Positions 17,680 to 26,810 of a stretch of DNA of 64,000 nt are shown one piece after another (position 1 is the stretch's first letter; every line of letters begins with the position of its first letter). The notes under the pieces were generated by a model that ran no database searches, was not told where the DNA came from, and saw only the letters and a list, made by a program, of their open reading frames with translations. Origin of the DNA: Acidobacteriota bacterium (GTDB lineage: Bacteria; Acidobacteriota; UBA890; WLXD01); NCBI GenBank assembly GCA_963666215.2, contig CAXWPL010000004.1, positions 416,001 to 480,000 on the forward strand, written 5' to 3'. The position numbers and the translations under genes are program-made.

Positions 17680-20538
17680 ATGCCCGACATGCCCCGATTC
17701 GTCGTCGACAACTCCCCGATCGAGTTCGAGGAGGGACAGACCGTGCTCGAGGCGATGCTGCGCGCCGGGCGTCGGCCCACCGGCGGCGGCTGCCTGTGTG
17801 CCGCGGGCGACTGCCCACATTGCCTGGCCACGGTCGACGGGGTGGCCTACGTGCGTACCTGCCAAACCCCGGCGCGCGCCGGCATGGTGGTCGCGAGCGA
17901 GCACGCGGACGGTGCTCCTCCGCCGCTACCCCTTGGCGAGCCGGCCAGCGAGCCTGACCCCGGGGGCGTGCCCGTGCGATACGTGCACTGCGACGTTGTT
18001 GTGGTGGGCCAGGGTGAGTCCGGCCGCGCGGCGGCGGCCGAAGTCGACGCGGAGCCGGGCGACAAGACTCTCCTGGCTTTCGACGCGCGCCGGGGAGAAG
18101 AAGTCATCGGCATCTATCCGGGTCCGCTGGTTGTCGTGCGGACACCGGGCGGCATGGTGCACGTGCATCCTGCCGATCCCGCGACACGGATGGAGATTGT
18201 CGTCGCCACCGGCGCTGCCGAGATCCAGCCAGTGGCGCCAGGCAACGAGCTCAACGGAATCGTCACCGCGCGCGCCGCCGAGCGCCTCGCTGCTGCCGGA
18301 GTCGACCTCGGCAGAATCGTCGCCATCGGGACGCCCCCCTCCGGCGTCGGCGCGACGGCCGTCACGGGAGAGCTCGTCCGGTTCGAGGGAAACGGCGGCA
18401 ACGGAAACAGTCGAGTCGACGCGGTTGTTGTCGCGAGCTCCAACGGCGTGGAGCGCCGCGTCGAGTGCGACACGGTGAGCGTCGGACTCGGACTCTACCC
18501 ACGCGACGCGCTGGCACGCATGGCGAACGGCATTGGCGGTCTCGAGGTGCGCGTGGTCGGCGACGCGGCGTTGCCGGCCTACGTTCCACCGTGCCCCAGG
18601 GAAGGCGTCGTATGCCCGTGCTCGGCGATCACCGTCGAGCACCTCGACCAGGTTTGGAGCCGCGGCTTCCGCGAGATGGAGCTGCTCAAGCGGGCGACGC
18701 TCGCCGGCACGGGCACGTGCCAGGGCTCGGTCTGCATCCCCTACCTGCGCAGCTTCCTCGCCGACCGGGGTGAGGAGCTACAGCCACCGTTTACCGCCAG
18801 ACCGCTCACCAAGCAGCGGACCATCGGCGAGATCGCCGCCGGGGCCTATCACCACGCCACGCCGCGCACCGCCCTGGACGGCGAACATCGTCGCCTTGGG
18901 GCGCAGATGGAACGCGCCGGCGGTTGGTACCGGCCGTGGAGCTACGGTTCGTTCGACGAGGAATATCAGGCGGTACGCCAGGCGGTGTCGATTGGTGACG
19001 TCAGCACGCTCGGCAAGATGCTGGTTTCGGGCCCCGACGCTCTGGAGTTCCTGGAACGCCTGTATCCAACGAAAGTAGCGACGCTGAAACCGGGGCGCTC
19101 GCGGTACGCACTGCTGCTCGACGAGCGCGGATACGTGTTCGACGACGGACTCGTGTGCCGCGACGAGTGCGCGCAGGGCGAGCTGCGCTTCCGTCTCACC
19201 TTCACCAGCGCCGGCGCCACGATGGCCGAGCTGTGGATGCGCTACTGGGCCGACCTGTGGGAGCTCGACGTGCGGCTCATGAACCAGACGATGTCGCTGG
19301 GCGCCATCAACGTCACCGGACCACGTGCCGCGGAGTTGCTGGAGAGAGCCCGGGCCACCACGCTGCCGGCCTTCGGGGCACACGAACGGGTGAGCGTTGC
19401 CGGGGTGGACTGCCGCGTCTATCGCCTGAGCTTCACCGGCGAGCTATCGTACGAGCTGCACCACGCGGCTGCCGACTCGGTGCGCCTGTGGCGGGCTCTG
19501 CTCGAGCTCGGTCGGGACCTCGGCTGCAAACCGCACGGGCTCGATGCGTTGTTCCGTTTGCGCCTGGAGAAGGGCCACATCATTGTCGGGCAAGACACCG
19601 ACTACGACTCGACGGCGCGGCGCCTGCACCATGACTGGGCTGTGAAGCTCGACAAGGACGACTTCGTCGGCAAGCTCTCGGTGCAGCGCACGAATCGCTT
19701 CGAGCTCGACCGCCAGCTCGTCGGCCTCGAGATGGAGAGCCCAGCGCCAATCGAGGGCGCGGTGATCTACGGCGGCACCGGATACGTCGGCAACGTGACG
19801 TCGAGCACATACTCGTTGGTGCTCGGCAAGGCCGTCATGTTGGGCTGGGTCAACACCCTCGATGAGGACGGCACGCTGCCAAAGGAGGTAACGATCGGCG
19901 GCCGACCCGCTCGCCTCGCGACGCTGCCCTTCTACGATCCTGAGGGCATGCGTGCACGCACCGACGTGCCGCCGATTCGGCGCTCCCCGTCGAGCACCGA
20001 GCGCAGTGGGGCCGCCGAGGGCGATGGGATCACAGAATCCGTCCCACCGCACGCCCCAACCACCCCTACGTCCATCGGCCAACGCACGTTCGAATCCGTC
20101 GTCTTCACGCGCGTGGTCGCCACCGAAACAGCGATCGATCAAGCGCTGGCAGCACTGGACCCCGAAATTCTGAGCCTACGAACTGCACCCGATGAAGCCC
20201 TCGTCGCCGCGGAGCTTCCTCCAGGACAGCTCGCCGACCGACACGCCATCGTCGAGCCCGAGACGAGCTTCGCCGCGGCCTGGTTCCCAGCCGACGAAGC
20301 GGCGGCGATTCTCGAGGCGACCTGCGAATGGTTGCGGCCAACCCAGCGTCCAGCGTTCGCTCAAGGGGCGGTAGCGGGACTTCCGGTGAGGCTGTGGCTC
20401 GAGGCGGACCGTGTGCTGTTCGTCGTTCCGACGGCGTACGTGCGCGATCTGGAGCAACGAATTGGCTTGCTGCCCGCGACGGGCTCGAGGCCACCCGCGA
20501 CGAGGTCCACCCCGGGAGAGGCGGGAGCGACCTCATGA
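17680..20538 (+). CDS. soxA: Sarcosine oxidase alpha-like subunit (2Fe-2S, Rossmann, BFD-like Cys cluster, GcvT/THF domain) with a C-terminal gamma-like extension
   Basis: CLCAAGDCPHCLATVDG, VATGA, CPC...LKRATLAGTGTCQGSVC, FTARP, DVSTLGK, SFTGELSYEL, LRLEKGH. Confidence 0.85.
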   Translation: MPDMPRFVVDNSPIEFEEGQTVLEAMLRAGRRPTGGGCLCAAGDCPHCLATVDGVAYVRTCQTPARAGMVVASEHADGAPPPLPLGEPASEPDPGGVPVRYVHCDVVVVGQGESGRAAAAEVDAEPGDKTLLAFDARRGEEVIGIYPGPLVVVRTPGGMVHVHPADPATRMEIVVATGAAEIQPVAPGNELNGIVTARAAERLAAAGVDLGRIVAIGTPPSGVGATAVTGELVRFEGNGGNGNSRVDAVVVASSNGVERRVECDTVSVGLGLYPRDALARMANGIGGLEVRVVGDAALPAYVPPCPREGVVCPCSAITVEHLDQVWSRGFREMELLKRATLAGTGTCQGSVCIPYLRSFLADRGEELQPPFTARPLTKQRTIGEIAAGAYHHATPRTALDGEHRRLGAQMERAGGWYRPWSYGSFDEEYQAVRQAVSIGDVSTLGKMLVSGPDALEFLERLYPTKVATLKPGRSRYALLLDERGYVFDDGLVCRDECAQGELRFRLTFTSAGATMAELWMRYWADLWELDVRLMNQTMSLGAINVTGPRAAELLERARATTLPAFGAHERVSVAGVDCRVYRLSFTGELSYELHHAAADSVRLWRALLELGRDLGCKPHGLDALFRLRLEKGHIIVGQDTDYDSTARRLHHDWAVKLDKDDFVGKLSVQRTNRFELDRQLVGLEMESPAPIEGAVIYGGTGYVGNVTSSTYSLVLGKAVMLGWVNTLDEDGTLPKEVTIGGRPARLATLPFYDPEGMRARTDVPPIRRSPSSTERSGAAEGDGITESVPPHAPTTPTSIGQRTFESVVFTRVVATETAIDQALAALDPEILSLRTAPDEALVAAELPPGQLADRHAIVEPETSFAAAWFPADEAAAILEATCEWLRPTQRPAFAQGAVAGLPVRLWLEADRVLFVVPTAYVRDLEQRIGLLPATGSRPPATRSTPGEAGATS

Positions 20539-21743
20539 ACGAATACATGGAGCAGAAGGTCGAGCTTCGCTGGCACTCGCCGAAGAAGCGCTACGACGTC
20601 GTGATCATCGGCGGCGGCGGGCACGGCTTGGCCACCGCCTACTACCTCGCCACACGACACGGCATCACCAATGTTGCGGTTCTCGAGCGCAAGTACATTG
20701 GCGGCGGCAACTCGGGGCGCAACACGACGATCATCCGCGCCAACTACGGCATCCCCGAGGCCGTGCGGTTTTATCAGCGCAGCGTCGATCTCTATGCCGC
20801 GCTCAGCAGCGAGACCGACCGCCACCTGATGCACAAGCAGAAGGGCAACGTCTGGATCACACACAGCGAGCCTGGCGTGAGAGCCGAAAGAGCTCGCGCC
20901 GAGATCAACAACGCTTTCGGCGCCAAGACGGAGTACGTCACGCCCGAGGAGATCCAGAAGATTTGCCCGCAAATCGACCTCAGCGGCGGTGGCCACTGGC
21001 CGGTGATGGGCGGCAGCTACCATCCGGCTGCGGCGACTGCCCGCCACGATCGTGTGGTGTGGGCGCTGGCCGAGGGCGCCAACCGGCTGGGCGCTCACAT
21101 TCACCAGAGAACCGAGGTCACGGGCCTCACCGTCGAAGCGGGCCGCATCACCGGCGTCGAAACCAACACCGGCCCGATTGCCGCGGGCGCCGTGCTCTCG
21201 GCCGTGGGCGGCCACGTGACGAACATCGCCTCGATGGCCGGGTTGAGGATTCCAATCCACACGCATCCTCTGCAGGCGTTTGTCACCAACCACTACGCGC
21301 AGGGCTTCGATCCGATCGTCACTTCCACCGACCTGCTGTTCTACGTGTCTCAGACAGCGCGTGGCGAGATGCTGCTGGGCGCCGAGATCGATCGGCAGCC
21401 GAGCTACTCCTACCAGTCGGGGCACGCCTTCCTGCGCGATTGTGCGTTTCGGGCTCTCACCCTCTTGCCCTTCCTGCGCAATCTGAGAGTTCTCCGCCAG
21501 TGGACCGGCGTTTGCGACATGTCGCCCGACTACTCGCCGATCCTCGGAAAGACCGACGTCGAGGGTTTCTACCTGAGCACCGGCTGGGGAACCTGGGGCT
21601 TCAAGGCCATCCCGGCCAGCGGCGAGCAACTGGCCAAGCTGATCGCCGATGGGACGACACCTGAGCTCATCGCCCCCTTTGCCCTCGACCGCTTCGCTCG
21701 CGACCGCCTCATGGCCGATCGCGGCTCCGCCGGGACCCACTGA
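20535..21743 (+). CDS. soxB: Sarcosine oxidase beta-like subunit (FAD-dependent oxidoreductase)
   Basis: DVVIIGGGGHGLATAYYLA, GGGNSGRNTTIIRANY, ARHD, GWGTWGFKA; ATG 20535 overlaps the soxA stop. Confidence 0.92.
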   Translation: MNEYMEQKVELRWHSPKKRYDVVIIGGGGHGLATAYYLATRHGITNVAVLERKYIGGGNSGRNTTIIRANYGIPEAVRFYQRSVDLYAALSSETDRHLMHKQKGNVWITHSEPGVRAERARAEINNAFGAKTEYVTPEEIQKICPQIDLSGGGHWPVMGGSYHPAAATARHDRVVWALAEGANRLGAHIHQRTEVTGLTVEAGRITGVETNTGPIAAGAVLSAVGGHVTNIASMAGLRIPIHTHPLQAFVTNHYAQGFDPIVTSTDLLFYVSQTARGEMLLGAEIDRQPSYSYQSGHAFLRDCAFRALTLLPFLRNLRVLRQWTGVCDMSPDYSPILGKTDVEGFYLSTGWGTWGFKAIPASGEQLAKLIADGTTPELIAPFALDRFARDRLMADRGSAGTH

Positions 21744-21795
21744 GAATGGGCCTTTCGAAGAACGCTCGCGAAAACACGGAAGTGCTGGCGCCTAG

Positions 21796-22032
21796 GTGAG
21801 CATCCAGATCCCCTGTCCGCATTGCGGCGTCCGTCCGCTCGAAGAGTTCCTGTACAAGGAGCTCCCCAACGTGCCCGAAACCATCACCAATCCGGAGGCC
21901 CGCGATTTCGACCGCGCCTTCATGCAGGCCAACCCGGAGGGACCGGTCCGCGAACGCTGGTTCCACGCCCACGGTTGCCGCCGCTGGGTCACGATCGGTC
22001 GCGACACGAGAGACGAGACGATCCTCGAGTGA
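21796..22032 (+). CDS. soxD: Sarcosine oxidase delta subunit
   Basis: IPCPHCGVRPLEEF...NPEG...ERWFHAHGCRRW...RDT zinc-binding signature. Confidence 0.92.
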   Translation: MSIQIPCPHCGVRPLEEFLYKELPNVPETITNPEARDFDRAFMQANPEGPVRERWFHAHGCRRWVTIGRDTRDETILE

Positions 22033-22658
22033 TCGAGATTGAGGCGCCGTGCACAAACGGGTGCTCGCGCTTCGGCCGTTGATCTCGGCGGCGGTCGGCA
22101 AGGACCCCGGCTTCTGATCTCGAGTGCATCGGCGCCGCGGTACCACACTTCGGCCGGCCCGGAGGCGTCTTGCCCGGAATCTTGGGAATCGCGACGTCGG
22201 CGGACAAATAGTAACGCCGCAACATCTCCCAGCCTCTGGCAACGGCTTGGTCGCGGAAGGAGCTCGGCGATCGTCGAGCACCCCAATGTGGTCGTGGCGA
22301 CGCGACCCGCCGGGCCCGCGCATCCGCTACGGCGGACGTCCGCGCGAGCGTCGACCGCGGCCATGGCCGGCCTGGCGCGAGCGCAGCCCGCCATGAGTGG
22401 CCAGGCGCGCCCCACGGAGGTGACTCGCGGGGCCGCGAGGGGGGACAACGGCGGCCTCACAGAACCCCGAGAGCACGTCCCTGGTAGGCGGCGGACAGGT
22501 TGTCTGTTCTTGGGTAAGAGAGAACTAGTTTAACTGTGTTTATGTGCTTGCTCATATCCATCGAGATGTCGTCAAATGGGCTCAACCGTTCATTTCACAC
22601 AGCGCCAGGGTGGCTGGCTCGACGCTGATTTGTCGAAGCGGATGTCTAGGAGGCACCC

Positions 22659-24094
22659 ATGAAGAACTTCATCGATGGATCGGGAGAGCGCGGTACCGGG
22701 CTCTTGTTCGCTCTCATCGCCTCGGCCGTTGTTGCGGCCGTTGCTTTCAGCATGTCGACCTCGGGACTGCTCGACATGACGATTTCCGACAACTATCGGT
22801 CGCATACGGCGGCGTTCTACGTCGCCGACGCGGGCGTTGAGCAGACGCTCATCGACTTCAAGGTCGACACCGACTGGATCGGCGATCTGATCGACCTGGA
22901 GACGATGGAGTTGCAGGTGCCGGGGCCGACGACGATCAACGTCAACGGGAATGCGATTCAGATCCAGCTCGATACCGACGGGAACGTTGTGCCCATGTTC
23001 TACCCGATGGGTTCCGCTACAGCGCTAGGAGACGGGACCTACTCTCGTGAGGTCTACCTGCCTCCGGCCATCACTTTCCCGTGTGAAGGCCCGGACGAGG
23101 GATCGGGCTCCGGCTCAGGCTCCGGATCCGGCTCAGGTTCAGGCTCCGGCTCCGGATCGGCCGATGCGGCCGATGCCTCCGTTGCGGCCGTTGCCGACAA
23201 CGGGTCCTCCAGCGACAGCGGGTCCTCCAGCGGCAGCGGGTCATCCAGCGACAGCGGCAGTGGGTCGGGCTCGGGTAGTGGGAGCCCCTTCAATCCGTGT
23301 GTGGATCCTGGCAGTGGTTCGAGCTCCGGTAGTGGCGGTTCGAGCTCCGGCAGTGGCGGTTCGAGCTCCGGTAGTGGCGGTTCGAGCTCCGGCAGTGGCG
23401 GTTCGAGCTCCAGCAGTTGCGGTTCGAGCTCCAGCATGGCGGGAGCTCCAGACTACGTTCCGAGGAGCTCGTCGCTCGCGAGTCGCTCTCCCGGTTCCTC
23501 ATGGCCACGCCTCCCGAGAAGGCAAAGGTTTGCCACCTACCCGGTGGGGGCGCCAACGGCAAGACCATGAGCTTGAGCTCCGGCGCGGCCGCGATTCACC
23601 TCGTTAGGCACGCGAATGACCACGGCGGATCCTGCGGTTCGAGCTCCAGCAGTTGCGGTTCGAGCTCGGGTTCGAGCGAGGAGCTCGCCTTCCTGGAAGA
23701 CTACGCCGAGTCGCTCGCGTTCTCCCGGTTCCTCATGGCCACGCCTCCCGAGAAGGCAAAGGTTTGCCACCTACCCGGTGGGGGCGCCAACGGCAAGACC
23801 ATGAGCTTGAGCTCCGGCGCGGCCGCGATTCACCTCGTTAGGCACGCGAATGACCACGGCGGATCCTGCACCCACGTCGAGCTCGGCAGGAGCAGGTCTG
23901 GGCGTAGCAGCAGCGAGCCTGTGGATGGGAGCTGGGAAATGACTGTCCCTGCCCACGTCCAGCTTCTCGTGCGCAGCAGCGGCACGATCGGCGAATCCTC
24001 GACGCGAATCGAGGCCAACTTGATCTACGTGCTGAGCCCGATCGACCAGCAGGTCGAGGACATCATGGTTTCGAACTGGCGGCAAAGCCACTAG
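22659..24094 (+). CDS. PilX-like minor pilin/pilus assembly protein with a large Ser/Gly repeat insert; frame switch near 23435-23486
   Basis: ERGTGLLFALI prepilin-like start, AFYVADAGVEQ (PilX_N motif); C-terminal VQLLVRSSGTIGESSTRIEANL lies in the 23417-24094 frame. Confidence 0.7.
23100..23435 (+). repeat. Gly/Ser low-complexity coding repeats: (GS)n hexamers, 18-bp units, and about 5.7 copies of a 21-bp unit
   Basis: ggttcgagctccgg(t/c)agtggc-like units from 23316 to about 23435; ggctcc/ggctca/ggttca hexamers at 23100-23160. Confidence 0.9.
23487..23869 (+). repeat. 149-bp direct repeat (23487-23635 and 23721-23869; period 234 bp)
   Basis: Both copies encode SRFLMATPPEKAKVCHLPGGGANGKTMSLSSGAAAIHLVRHANDHGGSC and look identical by eye. 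Confidence 0.9.
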
Positions 24095-24119
24095 GCCAGA
24101 CCGTACCGGAGTAAAGCAC

Positions 24120-24524
24120 ATGCCCTCGCATCGGAGTCGACGCCCAACTCGAGTATCGACGTCCGGGGTGGCTATCGCCGCCCCGGCCGGTCGACTCGGC
24201 CCGACCGCGCGAGCCAGCGATGGCTTCAGCCTGATCGAGGCGATGGTGGCGATGACGGTGTTGACGATCGTGGTGCTGGGGCTGGCACAGGTGGTCGGCG
24301 TGGGCATCGTCTCCGACAAGGCGTCCTACGACGTCACGGTCGCGACCGCCGAGGCCGCAGCGAAGCTCGAGGAGCTGCGCTCGAGCGAGTTCTGGGCGTT
24401 GATGCCGGGCGGCTCCCTCGACTCTGACGTGGCGGGTTACTCCGACAATATCGACACGAACGCCGACGGCGCCTCTGGCAGATCGCCAACATACTGGGAG
24501 GTAAACAACTGGAGGTCCGCGTGA
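24120..24524 (+). CDS. PilV-like prepilin (type IV N-terminal methylation site)
   Basis: G|FSLIEAMVAMTVLTIVVLGL, AAAKLEELR; the C-terminus looks short and may be frameshifted. Confidence 0.8.
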   Translation: MPSHRSRRPTRVSTSGVAIAAPAGRLGPTARASDGFSLIEAMVAMTVLTIVVLGLAQVVGVGIVSDKASYDVTVATAEAAAKLEELRSSEFWALMPGGSLDSDVAGYSDNIDTNADGASGRSPTYWEVNNWRSA

Positions 24525-24588
24525 CCTCTTACCTGACAAGTGTCGGGCCACCCAAGAGCGCCTCGATGTCAACGGTGGTGGCCGAGCG

Positions 24589-25251
24589 ATGAGAGACGAA
24601 CGTGGCTTCTCGCTGATGGAGATGTTGGTTGCCTCGCTGGTCATGGCCCTGACAACGGCCGGGTTCCTGGCCTGGTTCGGCCAGAGCCTCGGGTTCTATG
24701 AGCGGCACACCGACAATTCCGCCCTGCGGCAAGAGGCTCGGATCGTGCTGTCCAGAATGGCAACAGAGTTCCGCGCCGCGGGCTACGAGATCGGCAATTT
24801 GACCGACGGCGTCACGATCGCGAGCTCGACCCAACTCCAGATCGTCGGCGACATCGACGACAGCGACCCGACGGGGCCCTGCGACGCCGCCGCGGAAGGC
24901 GCAACCAACGGTGGTGCCGAGCGCGTGACCTATGCGCTCGAGGGCACGATGTTGCGCCGCACCGTCGACTGCTGGACCGGGGCGGGTTGGCTGGTCGGCA
25001 TGCAGGACAACATCATGCTCACGAAGCTCGTTGCCGGAGAGAGGTTGTTCGACTACTACGACGCCTCCGGGACTTCTCTGCCCACCGACGCGGGCCCGCT
25101 AACCGGCATGATCGGCGACGTACGGTTGATCGAGACCACGCTCCATCTGATCGATACCGAAGCCACCGTCGTCGTCGGCGAGGGACCGCCTGAGTTCAAT
25201 CTGAGCCGTTTCGTGCGCCTCAATAATCTCGAAACGATTGACGACACATGA
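24589..25251 (+). CDS. PilW-like prepilin
   Basis: ERG|FSLMEMLVASLV, RQEAR..L.RM..E.R.AGY, FDYYDASG. Confidence 0.85.
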   Translation: MRDERGFSLMEMLVASLVMALTTAGFLAWFGQSLGFYERHTDNSALRQEARIVLSRMATEFRAAGYEIGNLTDGVTIASSTQLQIVGDIDDSDPTGPCDAAAEGATNGGAERVTYALEGTMLRRTVDCWTGAGWLVGMQDNIMLTKLVAGERLFDYYDASGTSLPTDAGPLTGMIGDVRLIETTLHLIDTEATVVVGEGPPEFNLSRFVRLNNLETIDDT

Positions 25252-26183
25252 AATCTCCGCGGCTTCTTCGATGCGACTGTGGACTCGTCGCCAAGATCAT
25301 CTTGATGATCTGCGTGAGCCTGGAGCTCCTGTTCTTCACACTCGACTACCACGTCAACTACGCGGGAGGCGCCGAGAGCTCCGCGATCCGTCGCCTCTTC
25401 GACACGGCACTGGAGAGCAGCCTGCCGGCGTGGTTCTCGATCATGCAGACGGCAATGGTGGCGTTGACCTTGTGGCTGGTCTACGTCGTCGTACGAGCGA
25501 CGCAGTCACGCGGCAAGCGCGCCGGATGGCTCGCTCGCGCCCTCTTCTTCAGCTACCTGGCCTTCGACGACGGCGCACACATCCACGAGAGAGTCGGTAC
25601 CGCCTACCACGAGATCTACTCGGCGAGTGCGGTGGCAGGCGGCTTCGGGGCGTGGACGCTCGATCTGTTTCCGAGCTACCGCTGGCAGATTGTCTTCATG
25701 CCGATCTTCGCCGCCATGGGGCTGTTCATGCTGGTATTCCTGCTGCGCGAGCTGCGCGGCCGCGGACCGAAGGTGGGATTGCTGGTCGCGCTCGGATGCC
25801 TCTCGACAGCCGTAGGACTGGATTTCTTGAAGGGACTCCAGCCGCAACATGCCCTCAACCCCTACACCGCGATCATGAACACATGGCACCTCGACTACTG
25901 GGTGGCGCGGACCTTCGAAAGCTCCACCTATTCGACTTTGCTTCACTTTTCGAGGTCGATCGAAGAGTGCATCGAGATGTTCGCCATGACCCTGCTGTGG
26001 TTCATCTTCGTGGGCCATTTGGGTCGAGTGTCGAAAGGCGTGTCGTTCGAGTTTGTCGAGGGAGGGCATGGCGAGCTCCACGCGGACGCGGTGCCAGCGC
26101 CCGAGACGGCCGAGTCCGTCAGGCAAGCTGTGGCACGCTCACTCAACAATGGACCGTCCGGGGTCGTCGTCAGCCCAGTCTGA
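25248..26183 (+). CDS. Multi-pass membrane protein of unknown function
   Basis: About 6-7 hydrophobic segments, ESSLPAWFS and DDGAHIHE motifs; ATGA overlap with the pilW-like gene. Confidence 0.7.
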   Translation: MKSPRLLRCDCGLVAKIILMICVSLELLFFTLDYHVNYAGGAESSAIRRLFDTALESSLPAWFSIMQTAMVALTLWLVYVVVRATQSRGKRAGWLARALFFSYLAFDDGAHIHERVGTAYHEIYSASAVAGGFGAWTLDLFPSYRWQIVFMPIFAAMGLFMLVFLLRELRGRGPKVGLLVALGCLSTAVGLDFLKGLQPQHALNPYTAIMNTWHLDYWVARTFESSTYSTLLHFSRSIEECIEMFAMTLLWFIFVGHLGRVSKGVSFEFVEGGHGELHADAVPAPETAESVRQAVARSLNNGPSGVVVSPV

Positions 26184-26269
26184 CAAAGGCGTTTCGACGC
26201 GCGTGGCACCGCAGCTCCAGGGCCAGAGCATTCGTTGCTGTCTCTCCGAGCACAGTTCCACAAGAGCTC

Positions 26270-26298
26270 TTGACATAACGTACGTTAATACGTACGCT
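26270..26298 (+). promoter_or_regulatory. sigma70 promoter with two CGTACG palindromic operator cores (yefM-yoeB type)
   Basis: TTGACA 26270-26275, 17-bp spacer, TACGCT 26293-26298; TAACGTACGTTA palindrome 26276-26287 and a second CGTACG core 12 bp further on; ATG 6 nt after the -10. Confidence 0.75.
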
Positions 26299-26304
26299 TA
26301 TGCA

Positions 26305-26547
26305 ATGAAGAACATCAACGCTACGGAAGCTCGCAAGCAGCTCTATCGCCTTCTCGATGAGGTCACCGTGAGCAGCGAGCCTGTGCAGATCACCGGCAAA
26401 CGCAGCAATGCGGTGCTCCTTTCCGAAGACGATTGGCTGGCCCTGCAGGAAACCGTCTATCTCCTGTCGATTCCAGGGATGCGCGAATCGATCAGGGAGA
26501 GTCTCGCAACCCAGCTCGAGGACTGTGCCGAAGAGCTCGATTGGTGA
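26305..26547 (+). CDS. yefM: Phd/YefM family antitoxin
   Basis: MKNINATEARKQLYRLLDEV...PVQITGKRSNAVLLSEDDW..LQETVYLLSIPGMRESI. Confidence 0.93.
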   Translation: MKNINATEARKQLYRLLDEVTVSSEPVQITGKRSNAVLLSEDDWLALQETVYLLSIPGMRESIRESLATQLEDCAEELDW

Positions 26548-26810
26548 GGCCCTGGCGCCTGGTGTTCACCCATCAGGCGCAGAAAGACGCCCGGAAGTTG
26601 GCGCACTCCGGTCTGAAGCCGAAGGCGGAGTTCCTGCTTTCGATTCTGCGAGTCGATCCCCTCAGGACGCCGCCTCGGTTCGAGAAGCTGGTAGGCGATC
26701 TCGAAGGGGCCTATTCCAGAAGAATCAACGTGCAGCACAGGCTCGTCTACCAAGTGTTGGATGGAGAACGGACCGTCAAGATCTTGCGGCTGTGGACCCA
26801 CTACGAGTGA
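26544..26810 (+). CDS. yoeB: Txe/YoeB family mRNA interferase toxin
   Basis: WRLVFTHQAQKDA..., PPRFEKLVGDLEGAYSRRINVQHRLVYQV, LRLWTHYE; GTGA overlap. Confidence 0.93.
   Translation: MRPWRLVFTHQAQKDARKLAHSGLKPKAEFLLSILRVDPLRTPPRFEKLVGDLEGAYSRRINVQHRLVYQVLDGERTVKILRLWTHYE

Noticed and set aside
22033-22658. ORFs or an ncRNA between soxD and the pilX-like gene
   Set aside because: The ORFs are Arg/Ala/Pro-rich noise, and I could not recognise a riboswitch or sigma54 motif.
23316-23435. 21-bp repeats as a CRISPR array
   Set aside because: Head-to-tail units with no unique spacers, in-frame Gly/Ser coding, and no cas genes.
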